A stretch of DNA of 64,000 bases. Origin: Aureliella sp. (GTDB lineage: Bacteria > Planctomycetota > Planctomycetia > Pirellulales > Pirellulaceae). The notes under the pieces were generated by a model. That model was not told the DNA's origin, ran no database searches, and saw only the letters and a list, made by a program, of their open reading frames with translations. Location of the stretch: NCBI GenBank assembly GCA_963691875.1, contig OY829846.1, positions 64,001 to 128,000 on the forward strand. The letters are read 5' to 3'. Shown one piece after another: positions 61,928 through 64,000 of this stretch; the first letter of the stretch is position 1, and each line of letters starts with the position of its first letter. The translations under genes and the position numbers were made by a program.

Positions 61928-63946
61928 TCATTTCCTATAAAACGGGGTTTCGTCCGCTTCTGCTGCGAGAGGACAGCCAGCTGCCCAACTAGGAGCATGC
62001 GACATTAGACGGTCCATCTCTGCTGCAGATCCTTGACCGATCGGCACTTCTGTTACTGCTTCGTCGTGTAAGGTCAGCACTACCGGATACCCGGCTGCTT
62101 CACAGTTCAACATGCCGTGAACCATGATGTCTCTCGCAGTTGCCTGAACGATGTTCTCGGTGATGATCCCACCGTACAAGCGAGTCCAATAGCCGTTGCC
62201 TCCAGAGTCGCTGTTCCAGTATTTGACTTGGGTCCGCTCTCGCCCGTGACGGACTTCTTTCGAAAGCGTTGGGCGGAAGTACCAAAGAGGACGTCCGCTC
62301 GGTAGCCAGATCAATAGCCAGTCTGGATTGCGTCCATCCATCGTCACGAGACTGTTTCGAGTCGGTACGATGCTCTGCGTCACGACTGCTTGAACGACGC
62401 AGTCTTGTACGTGGTACCAGTAGCTGACGATGTCAGGGTTCTTTTGTCGGTAAGTCGTGACAGCACGTTCGACTAGTTGAAGGTCTAGCAGCACCCCTGA
62501 CTTCTTGTGGATGTTCTTCTGAAAGGTTGGTGCAGCCATTTGAAAGCCGCAACCAAGCACGGTACTCTTGCCTAGGTCTCGCTCTTTCTTTCCGACTGCT
62601 TCGTTTGGGATACCAAAGATCGCTGCTCCCATCGGAACGTATACGTCTTCTCCGGCAGCGAAGGCAGCAATCAGATCCTGCTGACCGGCTTCCCATGCCA
62701 AGACTCTGGCTTCGATTTGAGCTAGGTCACAAGTGACATAACGTTTTCCCGGTGCGGCAGTGAGGCAAGGACGCACCATGCTTGCTAGCAGCTTTCTCAT
62801 CCCAAGCGGGTTTTGAAATACGGCTGGGTCGCGTTGCTTGACCTGTTGAACAGTGCTCGGTAGCTCGTCGACGGGATTCCCCAGCTCATCTTTTGACTTG
62901 AAGATGAACCCCGAGGAGAGATTCTGCGGCTGGACACCGTTGCCAGACCATCTGCCGGTCCCAGCACCGTAGTAGCGAAACCCACCGCGAAGACGTCCAT
63001 CAGAACTGAGGTCAGTCAGCATTCGTTGAAACTTCTTAGTCGCTGCGCTGCCGATCTCCCTTCGGATCTTCATCGCTTGCATTAGCCCGGTTTCGTGCTG
63101 AAGTTCAGGTGCGTCTTGTAGATCTCTTAGGACGTCATCTGCACAGCTAGTTATCTTTTTGCCTAAGTGAAACTCCGTGAACTTAGAAATCCATGCAGAT
63201 AGCTCTAACACTTGAGTGTGAGCAAAACCCGTTAGACGTTTGAATTCTTCGGCTTTAGCTGATTCGTAAGTTCGCCAGAGTTCGATCGCTGCGCGGGCAA
63301 GATCCTGATCAATCAAAAGCCCGCGTTCGTTCATTTGCTGATCCAGTAACCAGACCTGACGCTCACTGTCGGTCATGGGAGGCAGGTACTGTGCTATGAA
63401 CCTTTCAGCGTAGGTGTCTTGTTCACAGTATTCGTAGAGTCTCTGCAGGTCTGCCGGAGTAGGTACGCGGAACTTTCCGGTCTTGCTGTCGGGCTTCGTC
63501 AGTTGTTTCATCAACCGACCACCTTCGATGTCCTTTGCGACATCGATTCCGAGCCACTTAGGAATGTGCTCTAGTTTTCGAGGTGCTCCCACAACAGCGG
63601 CTCTAGCTGCCGCACAGTGCCATTGCTCTAAATGAAGGAATGGCCACCCGTAGAGACGAGTGCAAGCCCGGTTCCAGACGTTCCGCTCAAACGCTGCATT
63701 GAATGCTGAAAACGCACCTCCCTGCCGAGCGTAATCCTGCAGCCACTGTGGTAGGGAACCGAGTCCGGGATGCCAAAGATAGGACTCTCCCTCGCCCAGC
63801 CCCCACCGAAACGAAGCGCAGAGCACTTCGAACTCAGGGCACATAGTATAGTTATGAACTCCGCGAGAGATTTCGATCCGTGATTTCGTTTCGAAGTCAA
63901 CTGAGATGGGATGCAATTGCTTCCTCCCACATTTGTTGACCGCCAT
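61928..63946 (-). CDS. Phage family A DNA polymerase with 3'-5' exonuclease domain
   Basis: Exo motifs VDFET, FNAAFER and YCEQD; YYGAGTGRWSG; motif A DLAQIEAR, motif B RDLGKSTVLGCGF, motif C LHDE. True start is probably TTG at 63916, after GGAGG. Confidence 0.93.
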   Translation of the reverse strand: MAVNKCGRKQLHPISVDFETKSRIEISRGVHNYTMCPEFEVLCASFRWGLGEGESYLWHPGLGSLPQWLQDYARQGGAFSAFNAAFERNVWNRACTRLYGWPFLHLEQWHCAAARAAVVGAPRKLEHIPKWLGIDVAKDIEGGRLMKQLTKPDSKTGKFRVPTPADLQRLYEYCEQDTYAERFIAQYLPPMTDSERQVWLLDQQMNERGLLIDQDLARAAIELWRTYESAKAEEFKRLTGFAHTQVLELSAWISKFTEFHLGKKITSCADDVLRDLQDAPELQHETGLMQAMKIRREIGSAATKKFQRMLTDLSSDGRLRGGFRYYGAGTGRWSGNGVQPQNLSSGFIFKSKDELGNPVDELPSTVQQVKQRDPAVFQNPLGMRKLLASMVRPCLTAAPGKRYVTCDLAQIEARVLAWEAGQQDLIAAFAAGEDVYVPMGAAIFGIPNEAVGKKERDLGKSTVLGCGFQMAAPTFQKNIHKKSGVLLDLQLVERAVTTYRQKNPDIVSYWYHVQDCVVQAVVTQSIVPTRNSLVTMDGRNPDWLLIWLPSGRPLWYFRPTLSKEVRHGRERTQVKYWNSDSGGNGYWTRLYGGIITENIVQATARDIMVHGMLNCEAAGYPVVLTLHDEAVTEVPIGQGSAAEMDRLMSHAPSWAAGCPLAAEADETPFYRK

Positions 63947-63998
63947 CGTATGCGGTGTAGTTCAGAGGCAGTTCGCCAGCAGCGATTTGGCAAACGAG
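63897..63998 (-). CDS. 3' end of an upstream phage gene (partial, runs off the window)
   Basis: Open frame ...LVCQIAAGELPLNYTAYDGGQQMWEEAIASHLS* overlapping the polA start. Confidence 0.35.
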   Translation of the reverse strand, partial: LVCQIAAGELPLNYTAYDGGQQMWEEAIASHLS

Positions 63999-64000
63999 CA

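Larger units (their letters stand above)
60215..64000. mobile_element. Prophage (left end; continues beyond the window)
   Basis: tRNA fragment, tyrosine integrase, excisionase-like HTH and phage-type PolA, tightly packed. Confidence 0.85.

Noticed and set aside
1..64000. CRISPR array, cas genes or rRNA
   Set aside because: No regularly spaced repeat-spacer array, cas motifs or rRNA-like sequence seen.

Overview
Bacterial chromosomal window. The gene content points to a planctomycete, probably Pirellulaceae-like (inference from the sulfatase, SGNH/CE esterases, DUF6807 plus Tat-exported Gfo/Idh/MocA, PEP-CTERM and GYF_2 proteins, and long RpoD). Bases 1-49.3 kb hold core and carbohydrate-esterase genes (rhomboid-cmk-plsC, rpoD-like sigma, pepF, lysC, lhgO, msrA, sulfurtransferase), interspersed with several decayed pseudogenes and REP-like palindromes. 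Bases ~49.4-59.8 kb are an accessory region of orphans with IS481 and IS3 remnants. From ~60.2 kb to the end lies the left end of a prophage: tyrosine integrase, excisionase, a small membrane protein and a Leu762-type family A DNA polymerase. It appears to have integrated into the anticodon loop of tRNA-Pro(GGG), leaving only the 5' half of the tRNA and its promoter beside the integrase, the reverse of the usual arrangement. Other candidates for undescribed biology are a BshC-like ligase coupled to a GT2 glycosyltransferase, a secreted beta-propeller/diheme/ankyrin fusion, a poly-G-frameshifted GYF_2 gene, and GTAG repeats whose TAG doubles as the stop codon of neighbouring genes. All product calls come from motif recognition by eye; no database searches were run.
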